In this document: positions 1-9,337 of the stretch, in pieces
Numbering within the stretch: position 1 is the stretch's first letter
Layout: every line of letters begins with the position of its first letter
Assembly: GCA_041917695.1 (NCBI GenBank)
Contig: JAYRXE010000033.1
Span: 38,490 to 102,489 of the forward strand
DNA: 64,000 nucleotides
Direction: 5' to 3'
Source: Minisyncoccota bacterium
GTDB taxonomy: Bacteria; Patescibacteriota; Minisyncoccia; UBA6257; GWB1-50-10
Position numbers and translations under genes: made by a program
Notes under the pieces: generated by a model
What the model was told of the DNA's origin: nothing
Seen by the model: only the letters and a program-made list of their open reading frames with translations
Database searches by the model: none

Positions 1-470
1 GCGCCACAGGACAGGAGATTCTGGATCCGGTATCAACCGCTCAAGACCAACCAAGTCGGGACGTACGATTTCGTCGGCAGGTGGTTGAAGATTCTGACTG
101 TGGTTGACGAGTATACCCGTGAATGTCTGGCCATTGAAGTTGGCCGCAGCTTCACGGCTCGGGATGTGATCGAGGTCCTGCGACCGGATGGCCCAATGCA
201 GGATTCAGGACTTCATCCGTTCGGACAACGGACCGCAGTTCATTGCCAACGCCCTTCGGGACTGGTTGACCAAAATCGGCACTCAAACGATGTTCACCCG
301 CTACACCGGACGGTCAAGGGGCACGGCCCGCCTCCGGCGATGATGGCGGTCTCCCTTGACACCGGCGGCGCTCTGGCAAGGACAGCGAATTTCGAACTCA
401 ATGGCGTTCAGTGGATTGATCGTTCAATCCGGACTTTTAACCCTCAACAACGTCCAGACTAACATTGAAT
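1..470 (+). pseudogene. Remnant of an rve (DDE integrase-core) IS transposase, IS3/IS481-like. It is frameshifted and truncated at the window start.
   Basis: ORF 85-462 gives TVVDEYTRECLAIEVGRSFTARDVIEVL. Another frame at ~225-300 reads IRSDNGPQFIANALRDWLTKIGTQTMFT, the classic SDNGxEF DDE motif. Frame breaks lie between the pieces. Confidence 0.6.
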
Positions 471-557
471 CTAATACAAGTTTCGGGTTGAGTTCACGAA
501 ACGCAGGTACTCATTTTTGAAAAGTTTAACAAGGATTTTCTGACAAGGAAGTACTTT

Positions 558-1541
558 ATGAATATTTATAGTAAAATGATTGTTACATTATTTATTCAAA
601 TTTTATTTATTTCCTTGGGCTTAAATTTAACTCCAAAAGTTACTGGCACTCAACTTTCTAAATCGAAAATATATAAAATTGAAGGCCTTTACAATAATAT
701 TGGAGAAATCGGTTTAGAAGACGAAGATTTACTGAAAGAATCAGGCAACTCTAAAATTGATTCTATTGTACAAAAAGTGGTTTCAGATTTTTGCAAAACA
801 GAGCCTCTAACAATAAATTATTTTTTCTTTCAGGATAGTAACAAAATGGGAGCTTATGCTGTTTCTGGATGCGATCCCGACCATGCACCGGACGGCTCAA
901 TTTTAATTGGAAAAACTTTTGCAGAAAGTATTTTTGGAAAGAATTCTACTGGTCTTTATATTTTGATTTTGCATGAGATTGGCCATTTATATCAGAAAAA
1001 ATTATCTTCAAGTTTAGTAGGGAAGGCCAAAGAATTAGATGCTGATCGATTTGCTGGAAATCGGATTCGACAATTTCTGCCTTCAAATATTCTTTCTAGT
1101 GAAGACTCAATTCAACTTGCTGCAAGTCAAGGTATCCAAGAACTTCTTCAGCGGGGTGATAAAGTATATAAGGAAGAAAGTCACGGAAGTTCCCCTGAAA
1201 GAGTCGGTTCCTTTTTAGATGGTTTCCGAGAATCGAAACTACCAGAAATTCCTTGCGGATGTTCTAATAAAGAAATCAATGAGTATCTCGAATATGACAC
1301 AAATTTGTGTAAGACAATAATGGTCTTTTCACCTCAAGGACGACAAGATTGTTTTGATCAGGTTACCTGTAAGGCTGATAAAATTATGGCTCGTTGTCAA
1401 TTGGCTGAACTTCAAAAAAATTGTAGATTACAACTTAATAATTCTCGTGAGCAATTAGCTGAATTTCTGAATTCCCCTCGTGGTCGACTTTCACGAGTGC
1501 CATTGGAAGAGCATTGTGATTTTAATAAAATTTTTAAGTGA
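558..1541 (+). CDS. Secreted or membrane-anchored HExxH zinc metallopeptidase-like protein, AT-rich foreign gene
   Basis: N-terminal hydrophobic segment MIVTLFIQILFISLGLNL. Zincin motif ILILHEIGHLY (HExxH). Coding GC ~30% against ~60% flanks. Confidence 0.5.
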   Translation: MNIYSKMIVTLFIQILFISLGLNLTPKVTGTQLSKSKIYKIEGLYNNIGEIGLEDEDLLKESGNSKIDSIVQKVVSDFCKTEPLTINYFFFQDSNKMGAYAVSGCDPDHAPDGSILIGKTFAESIFGKNSTGLYILILHEIGHLYQKKLSSSLVGKAKELDADRFAGNRIRQFLPSNILSSEDSIQLAASQGIQELLQRGDKVYKEESHGSSPERVGSFLDGFRESKLPEIPCGCSNKEINEYLEYDTNLCKTIMVFSPQGRQDCFDQVTCKADKIMARCQLAELQKNCRLQLNNSREQLAEFLNSPRGRLSRVPLEEHCDFNKIFK

Positions 1542-1798
1542 GCAACTGCTTCTAGTGGGCCATAAGTGTATTAACTTCCTTAAAGGGGCGATCGGCATTA
1601 AAAGTGTAACTTTTCACGATAAATGTCGCGAATTTTCTGCGATATTTGTCGATCATTGGCCCACAATTTTCCGAAGTCGGGGTTACCCCAGTAGTGGTGT
1701 AAAAACAAACCATTAAGCCGATTTTCGTCCAGACCCCGTGAAAAAACACACCATAAGGGCATTTTGAGGTGTTCGAGACCTACTCCGAAGTCAGTTTA

Positions 1799-1836
1799 GG
1801 GGTTCTCTTAGCAATGGAACAATTTTCGCTGTTAAG
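1799..1836. repeat. Tn3-family 38-bp terminal inverted repeat, tnpA-proximal end
   Basis: GGGGTTCTCTTAGCAATGGAACAATTTTCGCTGTTAAG. Outer GGGG, internal TGGAAC and inner CGTTAAG containing the tnpA TAA stop match the Tn3 IR GGGGTCTGACGCTCAGTGGAACGAAAACTCACGTTAAG. Confidence 0.7.
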
Positions 1837-4079
1837 GATTTTCACGCCTCTTTGGCGGGACTCTGAAAGGCAGTAACCCCTTTCGCTCCAATGTTTCCGC
1901 CACCGGAAAGGTGATGGTTCCGTAGGGATTGACGTGTCCGAATCGGCTCGGCCAGATGTATTTGAGGTCATCCTGGTTGAAATGTCGCCCGTCCGCCCGT
2001 TGTTGCTTGAGTAGTTCCTCAAAGTACGTCGTGTTCCAAAGAAGGACGGCGTTGGTCAGAATGGTCAGGCAGGACATCTGGTCGTTCTGATCCTCCGGCA
2101 TCGGAAAAGGCGGCCTTGATTGTTTCCAGTCGCAGGTGCGCGTCGGCGAAGGTTCGGATGGACTGTTCCGGAAGTTTCGTCATGTGGGCGATTCCCGCGA
2201 TGCCGAAATTGCCGCCGTGCGCCATCAGGGCGGCGAACAGGAGCGGGAGGTCTTCGCGCGAGGGGCGATGGTAATTCGCGATGTGGGTGAAGCAGGCAGA
2301 GAAGTTAGTCCATCCTTCAACCTCGATGAGGACTTCGGAAAGATCGACCAGCGGGAGGCGGTCGTCGATGAACGTTCGGAGCGACTCGACCGAGCCAGGC
2401 TCTTCATCGGCGTCGAGTCGGGCGAGCGACAAAACGCCGTCTTCGTCGAGCGAGACTTCCTTCCCGAGTTTGAGCGCGGCGTCCATCTCGATGACGACGG
2501 CGGCGAGTTCGCGGCCAAGCGACGCGAGGTGCGCGTCAGCCGATTGGGTAAGGTTCAGTTGCTTTCGGATTTCACCTCGCGTCTTCAGCCACCGGTCGGG
2601 CGGGATGAGGAAGGACGCCGGGTCCCGATACCGCCGCGCTCCTTCAACCCAGATGTTTCCGGACCGCAGGGCCAACCGCAATTCCCACAGAACGCACAGT
2701 TCATAGTATTTCTGGCTCGCGGCCTTGCCTTCCGGGAAAACCCACCGAATCCATTTTTCCGGAATGAATTCACGGGGCGGATTTTCAGGCATCCGTTCCT
2801 TTCCGTTTCCCCATGTCTTGACGACCACCTTGATGGCGCGAAGAAGCGGGGCGTAATCTGGGGAACACCGCCAGGTGAAGGACGCAAGAAACCGGCGGCT
2901 GAACTGGCGCAGGACACCGAATTTTCCGGCAATCAGATCCGCCGGCCATTCGTTGCGGGGGCGCTGTTCGGCGTCGCATTGGGCGACCGCCCGCATCAGA
3001 AGTTCGCGGGGAACGACGCCGAAAACCGACTGCCTGACTTCGGGATCCGGAATTTCCCCGTTGAGCAGGACGCGCGCGACCTGGCCGAGCAGCCGGTTGC
3101 GTTCGTGACCGCTCCGGGCCGCGGATTGACGCAGGTCCTCGAAATCCCGTTCCGCATTGTTTTGAACGTCGGCCAGACAGCGGTCGAACTGATCCATCAC
3201 GGTGTCGAGCATTTCAGCCAGCGTCTCGACCAGAAAAGCGATGAGCGTCGGGAATCGGGTTTCATCCGGCATGCGCTCGAGACGTTGGTTGGAGGCGTAG
3301 TTGGCAAACCGGGCAAGGAGCTTGATCCGGTTCGGGTGGAAGGCGTTCAAATCCCAGCTTTCGACGCCAATTTCGCGGACCTGGTCGATCTTGTCCAGGG
3401 TCTCGTTGATGGTTTTAGACTTGGACGCCACCGCCCCGGCGCCGATCCAGGCCAGCGGGGAACGACCGTGCGGGGTTGGTGTTTTCACCAGACGGTTGAG
3501 CGTGTCCCGTAAATCCGGCGTCAACCAGGGCTCGACGGCTCGCCAGGTTCTGGCCTCGGCTTCCATGCGCGCCGCCGAAACATCTCGTTCAAGCAGACTG
3601 ATACCCGGACGGAGCAGTTTCAGGTGACGAAGCCGCTCGATCAGGGCATTGAGCAACAAAATGGGCCGGTCATGTTCCATCGCCCGGTCGGTCAGCCAGA
3701 CGAACAGGTTGTATCGATCCTCGGGCGTCGTGCGACGGAATCCGAGGGCCAGGACAGCCTGTTGTTCGTGATCGCTGCGTGTCCGGGCGTTGCGTCCATA
3801 GTCCCCGAGAGCCTCCGGATCAATTGCGAGCTGGTGGGCCAAAAACCGGAGGGCCGTCCCTGGAATCCCCCGGGGAGATTCGGGGAAAAACCCAAGGAAT
3901 CGCAGGCCGCACAATGAGACGGCGAAACCAAGGCGGTTGTCGTCGCCACGCCGCTCGGCCACGAGTTCGCGATCCGTTTCGGAAAGCGTGAAATGTTCGG
4001 CGAGATCCGAATCGGTCACCGTTTCGGGCCATTGACCAAGCAGGTCACGTTCGATTTCGGTGAGCCATTGAACGGGCAT
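1832..4079 (-). pseudogene. tnpA: Tn3-family transposase TnpA lacking most of the DDE core through a ~300-aa internal deletion/frameshift
   Basis: The 686-aa ORF starts MPVQWLTEIERDLLGQW...RRGDDNRLGFAVSLCGLRFLG (Tn3 TnpA N-terminus) and runs through ...GIAGIAHMTKLPEQSIRTFADAHL. The frame then breaks near 2020-2100. A separate 89-aa ORF carries the C-terminal ...LTILTNAVLLWNTTYFEELL...GHVNPYGTITF. The total of ~750 aa is below the ~990 aa of intact TnpA. Confidence 0.8.
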
Positions 4080-4254
4080 TCGGTTTCCTGTCCTTGAACG
4101 GTGTGTGTTTCACTGAGTTTGTCGCGGTTGTCTTTCAATTTTCCGACCCAATGGCGGTAAAAAAATAGCGTCCTCGGGTGGTTCGGACGAAAGGCCGACA
4201 GGATACTGATGCGGGGCCGAACCTCGAAACCGGTGGGCGGCGTGATTTCGGTTT

Positions 4255-4650
4255 TCAGACGATCAACCTGCTTTTTCGGCTTGGGGGAATGCGATTGATG
4301 ACGCCAATCAACCGGTCGGGGTGGGTGAGGATGTCGTTGAGCGTCTCGTCGTCGAGTTCCTCCGGACACCCGGTTTTCAGCGCCAGGTGAATCTGTTTCA
4401 ACTCCTCGTAAAACAGGTGTCGGCCATCTCCAGCCTCAATCATCTCGTCTGCCGCGGCATCCGCGAATTCAAGGTCGTCATTGAAAGGCTTGATAAGGGC
4501 GGTCACCCGGCGGCGAAGGTCAGCTTGAGACGCGGCCAGGCGAGTGTGGAGAAGAAGCGTTTCCTGTCGGACGCGACGGGCTTCACTGGCATCGACGCCA
4601 AGCCTTTCCTGTGTCAGCCGGGCAAGCTGCGCGGCTCCGAGGAGATTGAT
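4255..4650 (-). CDS. Hypothetical protein, a passenger inside the Tn3-like remnant
   Basis: Open frame ...LARLTQERLGVDASEARRVRQE...VTALIKPFNDDLEFADAAADEMIEAGDGRHLFYEELKQIHLALK...; GTG/ATT starts. No recognisable motif. Confidence 0.3.
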   Translation of the reverse strand: MNLLGAAQLARLTQERLGVDASEARRVRQETLLLHTRLAASQADLRRRVTALIKPFNDDLEFADAAADEMIEAGDGRHLFYEELKQIHLALKTGCPEELDDETLNDILTHPDRLIGVINRIPPSRKSRLIV

Positions 4651-4703
4651 TTTCCCTACGGCAGGGCTTCACCAACATCAGCCTGGTAACGCAGAATCGG
4701 CAA

Positions 4704-4994
4704 TTAGAACCCCACGAATGACGCGACCGACAGTTTCGGACGTCCGTGTTTTTCGAGGGCGGTCCGGAGCGCACGGTCTACCGCCAAGAGGTCCTCGCGG
4801 TCGAATTTCGCTGGCCGGCCGCCGGGTTTGTCGGTCGCCTTGTAACTGCCGACATGCCGGACGGCGTTGAGCAGGGTGAAGACCTTGCGGTCGGTTGCTG
4901 GGGTCGGGAAGGGGCTGATTTCGCGAAGGGTGTCGAGAACCCGGCGGACTCCGGCGGACCTCGGCGTAAGCCATTGAATTTGAATCATTTCCAA
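4704..4994 (-). pseudogene. C-terminal HTH fragment of a serine recombinase (resolvase/invertase); the catalytic domain is absent
   Basis: KPGGRPAKFDREDLLAVDRAL resembles the GRxxK-DRDAVL hinge/HTH of gamma-delta, Hin and Tn3 resolvases. No upstream catalytic S-domain; an AT-rich gene follows. Confidence 0.35.
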
Positions 4995-5072
4995 AAAGTC
5001 AAGATTTTACCTTTGCGAAGTTGTTATTGAGTCAAAAATAAATTTTCAATTTTCCAATAAAAGAATTAAAAA

Positions 5073-5795
5073 TTATTCTTCTTTAGGAAGATGTAAAAAT
5101 TGCCAATAAAAGCGTTTAGTTTGGACCGGTGCTGTGCTTTGGATAGTTGTTTGGGCAAAGAATTTTTTTAAAGTGGTCATCTTAACTTTTCTAGTTAAAC
5201 AAGTCACCCATAAAGCATTTCCTTGGCTAATAGCAAATTTGTTCAGAATTTCACGAACAGTAATATTTTCTTCTTGTATGAAAATTTTCTTTTCTGAGAA
5301 AAAATCGTCATCAGGATTGCCATACCCACAGCTACCTACCCTAACTCCTTCAATAAAGTCACGAAGACCACAGCTAGCAAAGATTAGATTTTCTGGATGA
5401 AACATCTGATATTTATCGATTGTAATATTTAAAAAATTTTCATCGCTGTTAACAATTTCATACGAAAAAATATTAACAATTTTATCTTGAACAGAAATTC
5501 CAAGCTTTTCCCCATGACTTATTATTTCGTTAAGAATAAATTCTACTGACTGATTTTCAAAACTAATCGGAGAAACTTTTTTTTGATCATCCGATAGCCA
5601 TTCAATTCCAACAGGTAATTTCGAAGCCTGACAAAGCTCAATAATTTGCTCTAGTGAAGAATCGGAAGCCGAAGAAAACTTTGCCAACTTTCTTTTAAGA
5701 ATAGTTTTACAAGAATTTTCTTGCCCCGTAGCCCCATTGCTAAAAAAAATATTAATTAGCACCATCAAAGTCATTCCAAAAATAAGCTTTTTCAT
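5073..5795 (-). CDS. Secreted hypothetical protein, AT-rich foreign gene
   Basis: Signal peptide MKKLIFGMTLMVLINIFFSNGATG. GC ~30%. No known motif. Confidence 0.5.
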   Translation of the reverse strand: MKKLIFGMTLMVLINIFFSNGATGQENSCKTILKRKLAKFSSASDSSLEQIIELCQASKLPVGIEWLSDDQKKVSPISFENQSVEFILNEIISHGEKLGISVQDKIVNIFSYEIVNSDENFLNITIDKYQMFHPENLIFASCGLRDFIEGVRVGSCGYGNPDDDFFSEKKIFIQEENITVREILNKFAISQGNALWVTCLTRKVKMTTLKKFFAQTTIQSTAPVQTKRFYWQFLHLPKEE

Positions 5796-6247
5796 AACTT
5801 CTCCTAGTTTAAGAAGGGGGTCGTGTTAAAAAAAAACCGATAAATATCTCGACTTTTGTGATTTTGGGTTAGTTGGATGAAGGTCAGGTCGATCCCACCT
5901 CAGTTGGGGTTTGTCGAAGTGAATGGACAGACGTTGGTAATGCCATAGCTAGTCCTTAAAAAACCGTTTGCATTGATGAGGAGTATCCGATGTGCACGCG
6001 GCCGAAGCAGTGGGGGCGGCGACTCTTAGGCGTCGTTTCATGCCGCGCCCACTTTTATGTCATTTTTCTCCGCTGGAACAGTTTTTATTTAACGAACCAC
6101 AGTTCGGCCTCCAAAAAATACATCGGATAGGTAAATCCCTGCCATTTTTCATCTGAGCCTGCGCAAACTACACATTTATGCAGGCTTGACGGAAAACGTA
6201 AATCCTCTGATATTCACCCCCGACCGGGGCGGCGGCGGGGCCGAAAC

Positions 6248-6670
6248 TCAGACCTGGGACCAGTCGAGCGGGATGAATTCGGAGATTTTGGCGAAATCCT
6301 TGGCGTTGACCGTCAGGAGCTTCAGTCCGCGTCGGGCGATGCTCGCCGCAAGCAAAGTATCGTTGGTCAGCCGGGCACGACCAATGAGTTCGTAGCCGTA
6401 CTTCTCGCCGATCTTGCCGAGGACGTTTCCAGCAAGCGTCCAGTCGGAAAGGATGGGAACGAGCAGGCGGCCGATCTTGTCGAAATCATGCTCGAACTTC
6501 TCAAGCTTTTTGCGAAGGGCAGGGTCGGCCCCGGTGTAAAGTTCTTCCAGCACAACCGCGCTCAACCAGAGCGGCGACTGGACCGAGAAACGTCGCTGAC
6601 CGAGCAGGGCGAGGTTCCCGCCACGCAAAGCGGTGATGTAAACCGATGTATCGAGGACGGTTCCGGCCAC
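6248..6670 (-). CDS. vapC: PIN-domain toxin VapC
   Basis: LDTSVYI near the N-terminus and a conserved DTLLAASIA acidic motif. 140 aa. Lies directly downstream of a small antitoxin ORF. Confidence 0.8.
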   Translation of the reverse strand: MAGTVLDTSVYITALRGGNLALLGQRRFSVQSPLWLSAVVLEELYTGADPALRKKLEKFEHDFDKIGRLLVPILSDWTLAGNVLGKIGEKYGYELIGRARLTNDTLLAASIARRGLKLLTVNAKDFAKISEFIPLDWSQV

Positions 6671-6907
6671 CTACGCCTCCAGATTCCCGAAGACGTCGCG
6701 GATCGCCCCATCACCTTTCATGAGACGTTCGTGTGCCTTCAATGCCGCCGCCGCGCGTTCGTGTTCGCCGATGAGGGCATCCAGCGCGCGCTCGATGGTC
6801 TCGGTTTCAGTGGGGGCACCGAGAAGTTTCTGGGCGCGGTGAATTTTGGTCTCGTCCAGCACGAAGTGTTTGTTGCGCTTGACGGTTTTCTTGATCGGGG
6901 TCGGCAT
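6671..6907 (-). CDS. vapB: VapB-type antitoxin
   Basis: 78 aa MPTPIKKTVKRNKHFVLDETKIHRAQKLLG.... GGAGGA Shine-Dalgarno lies 6 nt upstream of the ATG at 6905-6907. Stop abuts the vapC start. Confidence 0.6.
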   Translation of the reverse strand: MPTPIKKTVKRNKHFVLDETKIHRAQKLLGAPTETETIERALDALIGEHERAAAALKAHERLMKGDGAIRDVFGNLEA

Positions 6908-6931
6908 CCGGTGATCCTCCGTTCTCCTGAA

Positions 6932-6958
6932 TGTACAAAGAGTATCAGACTTTGTACA
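6932..6958. promoter_or_regulatory. Palindromic operator upstream of vapBC, probably the antitoxin autoregulation site
   Basis: TGTACAAAG-AGTATCAGA-CTTTGTACA is a 9-bp perfect inverted repeat. It lies 25 bp upstream of the vapB start, between vapB and the integrase gene. Confidence 0.5.
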
Positions 6959-6989
6959 TTTCGAAAACCCTCGGAAAGGAATCAATTCA

Positions 6990-7973
6990 ATGACGGGACT
7001 GGCGAAAATCGACCCGGCTGATGCCGTCGTGAAGGCGGCGGTCGCGGTCTGGGCGGAGGCGACCACTTCCACCGGCCTCGCCCGGCAGGCCGACATCCGG
7101 CGCGAAAAGCAGCGCTCCGTCGAAGCATTTTTCAATCTCGTCAAGGTTGGTCCGGGCGAGGTGACGCCGCAGGACGTTCAGACCTGGCTTCGCGAGATGG
7201 CGAAACGGGGACTCAAACCGACGACCGTTTACGCCCGGGCCTGCCATCTGTCGTCCTTCTTTCAGTGGGCGATGCGCGAAACCGCCCTCGGACAGACGCT
7301 TCGGGGCAACCCCGTCCGGTATGCCATGCCAAAAGCGCCAAAGCCGTACCAGAGCCGAAGCACGAAATCCCTGACCGACGAGCAGGTCGTCAAACTTTTG
7401 AAGGTTGTCCGCGGCCGCGCGGCGGAAGCCGATCCAGTCGGGAAACGCGATTACGCGCTCCTGCTGATGTTCTTCGCGACCGGCTTGCGGCGGCAGGAAG
7501 TACTGTCGCTCAGGGGAAAGGACATCGAGATGGAGGACGAGACGATGTACGTCCGGACGAAAGTGAAAGGCGGCGACTACCAGCGTCGGGAGGTTGCCGA
7601 TCCGGCGGTTCGCGACGCTTTACTGGAATACCTGCGGACGGCACGGCGATTGACGGTATTGAAAAAGGACGGCCCACTCTGGACACGCCATGATCGGGCC
7701 GGCAAGCCGGGACTTCCACTCGTCGCCTGGTCGTTCGTCGAGAACCTCAAGAAATACGCCGTCGAAGCCGGCATCGGTGACATTCACCTGCACCAAACCC
7801 GGCATACCTTCGCCCGAATGGTGTCCGAGATGAGTGGCAGCCTGAGCGAAACCCAAGACGCGCTCGGCCACCGCAACCAGACCACGACCCGCGTCTACGT
7901 CCAGCGCATCGCCATCAAACGCGACCGCCACAGCCGCCGGATTCTCGAACGCTTGAGTCCTGACGAAAAGTAG
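6990..7973 (+). CDS. int: Tyrosine site-specific recombinase / integrase
   Basis: C-terminal catalytic motifs HQTRHTFARM and LGHRNQTTTRVY (R..H..R..Y). SAM-like N-terminal domain. Confidence 0.85.
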   Translation: MTGLAKIDPADAVVKAAVAVWAEATTSTGLARQADIRREKQRSVEAFFNLVKVGPGEVTPQDVQTWLREMAKRGLKPTTVYARACHLSSFFQWAMRETALGQTLRGNPVRYAMPKAPKPYQSRSTKSLTDEQVVKLLKVVRGRAAEADPVGKRDYALLLMFFATGLRRQEVLSLRGKDIEMEDETMYVRTKVKGGDYQRREVADPAVRDALLEYLRTARRLTVLKKDGPLWTRHDRAGKPGLPLVAWSFVENLKKYAVEAGIGDIHLHQTRHTFARMVSEMSGSLSETQDALGHRNQTTTRVYVQRIAIKRDRHSRRILERLSPDEK

Positions 7974-8028
7974 ACGATGAATACGATTACGCCCGGTTGA
8001 ATCCTGGGCAAGAAAGAATGCCAACCCT

Positions 8029-8844
8029 TTGAAAACAAAGCTCGTCAAAGTCACCCCCAAACTCGCCGCCCAATGGCTCGCAACCAATCATTCCAATCGC
8101 CCGATAAGCCGCGCTTTCGTCGAGGAACTGTCGCGATCTCTGATTGCCGGCACTTTTCAAACAACGCACCAGGGAATCGCCTTCGACGAACAGGGCCGAC
8201 TCCGGGATGGACAGCACCGCCTGACCGCCATCCTCGAAACCAGCATTTCCATTGAACTCCTCGTCACCACCGGGTTGACCGAGCAGGAGTTGCTGGCCAT
8301 CGACGACGGACGCCGACGCACGATTCATCAGGTTTTGACGATGGTCGACGCCGGCGCTTCCTTCTTTTCCTCTGCCATCGCCAAGGAAATGTTGATCGGG
8401 GGCCATCACCTGGCCACTCGCTCCAAACCGGTCAAACCGGGGCGGCAGGAACTCATCGAATTCTTCAACGCTCATGTCCAGGCCATCGGGTTCGCTGTAA
8501 AACGCTTCGGGAAACCGTCTTCCGGATTTCAAATCGGATATATCGGGGCGGTGATCGCCCGTGCCTGGTACTCGGCCGACCGCGAGCGGCTCGAACATTT
8601 CGCAACCGTACTGGTCACTGGCTTTCCGAAACCAGGAGACGAATCCATCATCCGGTTGCGGAATCACGTATTGACGGCGCGAAGGGAGAAGATTCGAAAT
8701 CGGGGTTTTCGGGACGAAATTTACGCCAAAACCCAGCGAACACTGGCCGACTGGCTCGCGGGTGTCGAATCTCACAAGCTGGAATCCACACGCGAAGAAT
8801 TGTTCTCAATTCCGCCCCTGAGTCGTGAATTGACTTCGGAGTAG
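8029..8844 (+). CDS. ParB/Srx-fold nuclease-like protein with a DGQHR motif
   Basis: Contains RDGQHRLTAILE (ParB/DndB-like DGQHR box). Integrase-adjacent. Confidence 0.45.
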   Translation: MKTKLVKVTPKLAAQWLATNHSNRPISRAFVEELSRSLIAGTFQTTHQGIAFDEQGRLRDGQHRLTAILETSISIELLVTTGLTEQELLAIDDGRRRTIHQVLTMVDAGASFFSSAIAKEMLIGGHHLATRSKPVKPGRQELIEFFNAHVQAIGFAVKRFGKPSSGFQIGYIGAVIARAWYSADRERLEHFATVLVTGFPKPGDESIIRLRNHVLTARREKIRNRGFRDEIYAKTQRTLADWLAGVESHKLESTREELFSIPPLSRELTSE

Positions 8845-9337
8845 GGATTGAGGATACCTCAAAATGACCGAATGGTGTGTTTTGTCGCGATTACTGGGGA
8901 ACACCAAGAACTCTCCCCGCTGCCGGGAGAAGAAAGTCCGATCAGCCCCAAAGCAACAAAAAGGACAAGAAGACGCCCGAAAAACAAGCCTAATAGCTAG
9001 AGAAATGTCCTTAGCGTCATGAATTGAATGAGGAAAATGGAAATTTGATCCTTAGCGTCTAAAAATGCGCGAATTCTTTCCCTACCCCGACACAAAAACC
9101 ACTTCCCAACTCTTTGGTGTTGCAAGAACCTGACTTTGGAGTCTATTTTCCGCATAAAGCGGAATCAAAGCTGCCCTATGTTAATTGCCGATGAGAACTA
9201 TTGAAGGTGCAACCACTAAAGACTTCCCTTCGGTAACCGTCTCGAAAGGGCAAGTAACCGGTTTGATTAGTAATAAAAATTAGGACAATCCTGAAAAACC
9301 CGACAAACTAAGAATTTTTAAATCAAGTAGGAGATTC

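Larger units (their letters stand above)
1799..4706. mobile_element. Possible non-autonomous Tn3-family remnant (IR, truncated tnpA, small passenger ORF, degenerate second IR)
   Basis: A perfect IR lies at 1799-1836. At 4693-4706, GCAATTAGAACCCC matches the outer 14 nt of the inverted IR (GCTAAGAGAACCCC) at 11 of 14 positions. Only the terminal part matches. Confidence 0.3.

Noticed and set aside
2136-3512. 458-aa plus-strand ORF
   Set aside because: It is antisense to the Tn3 tnpA pseudogene. It has a low-complexity Arg/Gly-rich composition typical of high-GC antisense frames.
5860-5900. Possible tRNA 3' fragment or att site (GGTCAGGTCGATCCCACC) near the island junction
   Set aside because: I could not fold a convincing T-arm or acceptor stem, and no full tRNA is recognisable.
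7987-8775. 262-aa minus-strand ORF
   Set aside because: It is antisense to the ParB-like gene and has no motif. The plus-strand gene has the DGQHR box and a better context.
8845-9337. 490-bp noncoding stretch with short hairpins (CCCTTCGG...CGAAAGGG), a possible ncRNA
   Set aside because: There is no recognisable conserved RNA family motif. It may simply be the junction between GC-rich and AT-rich DNA.
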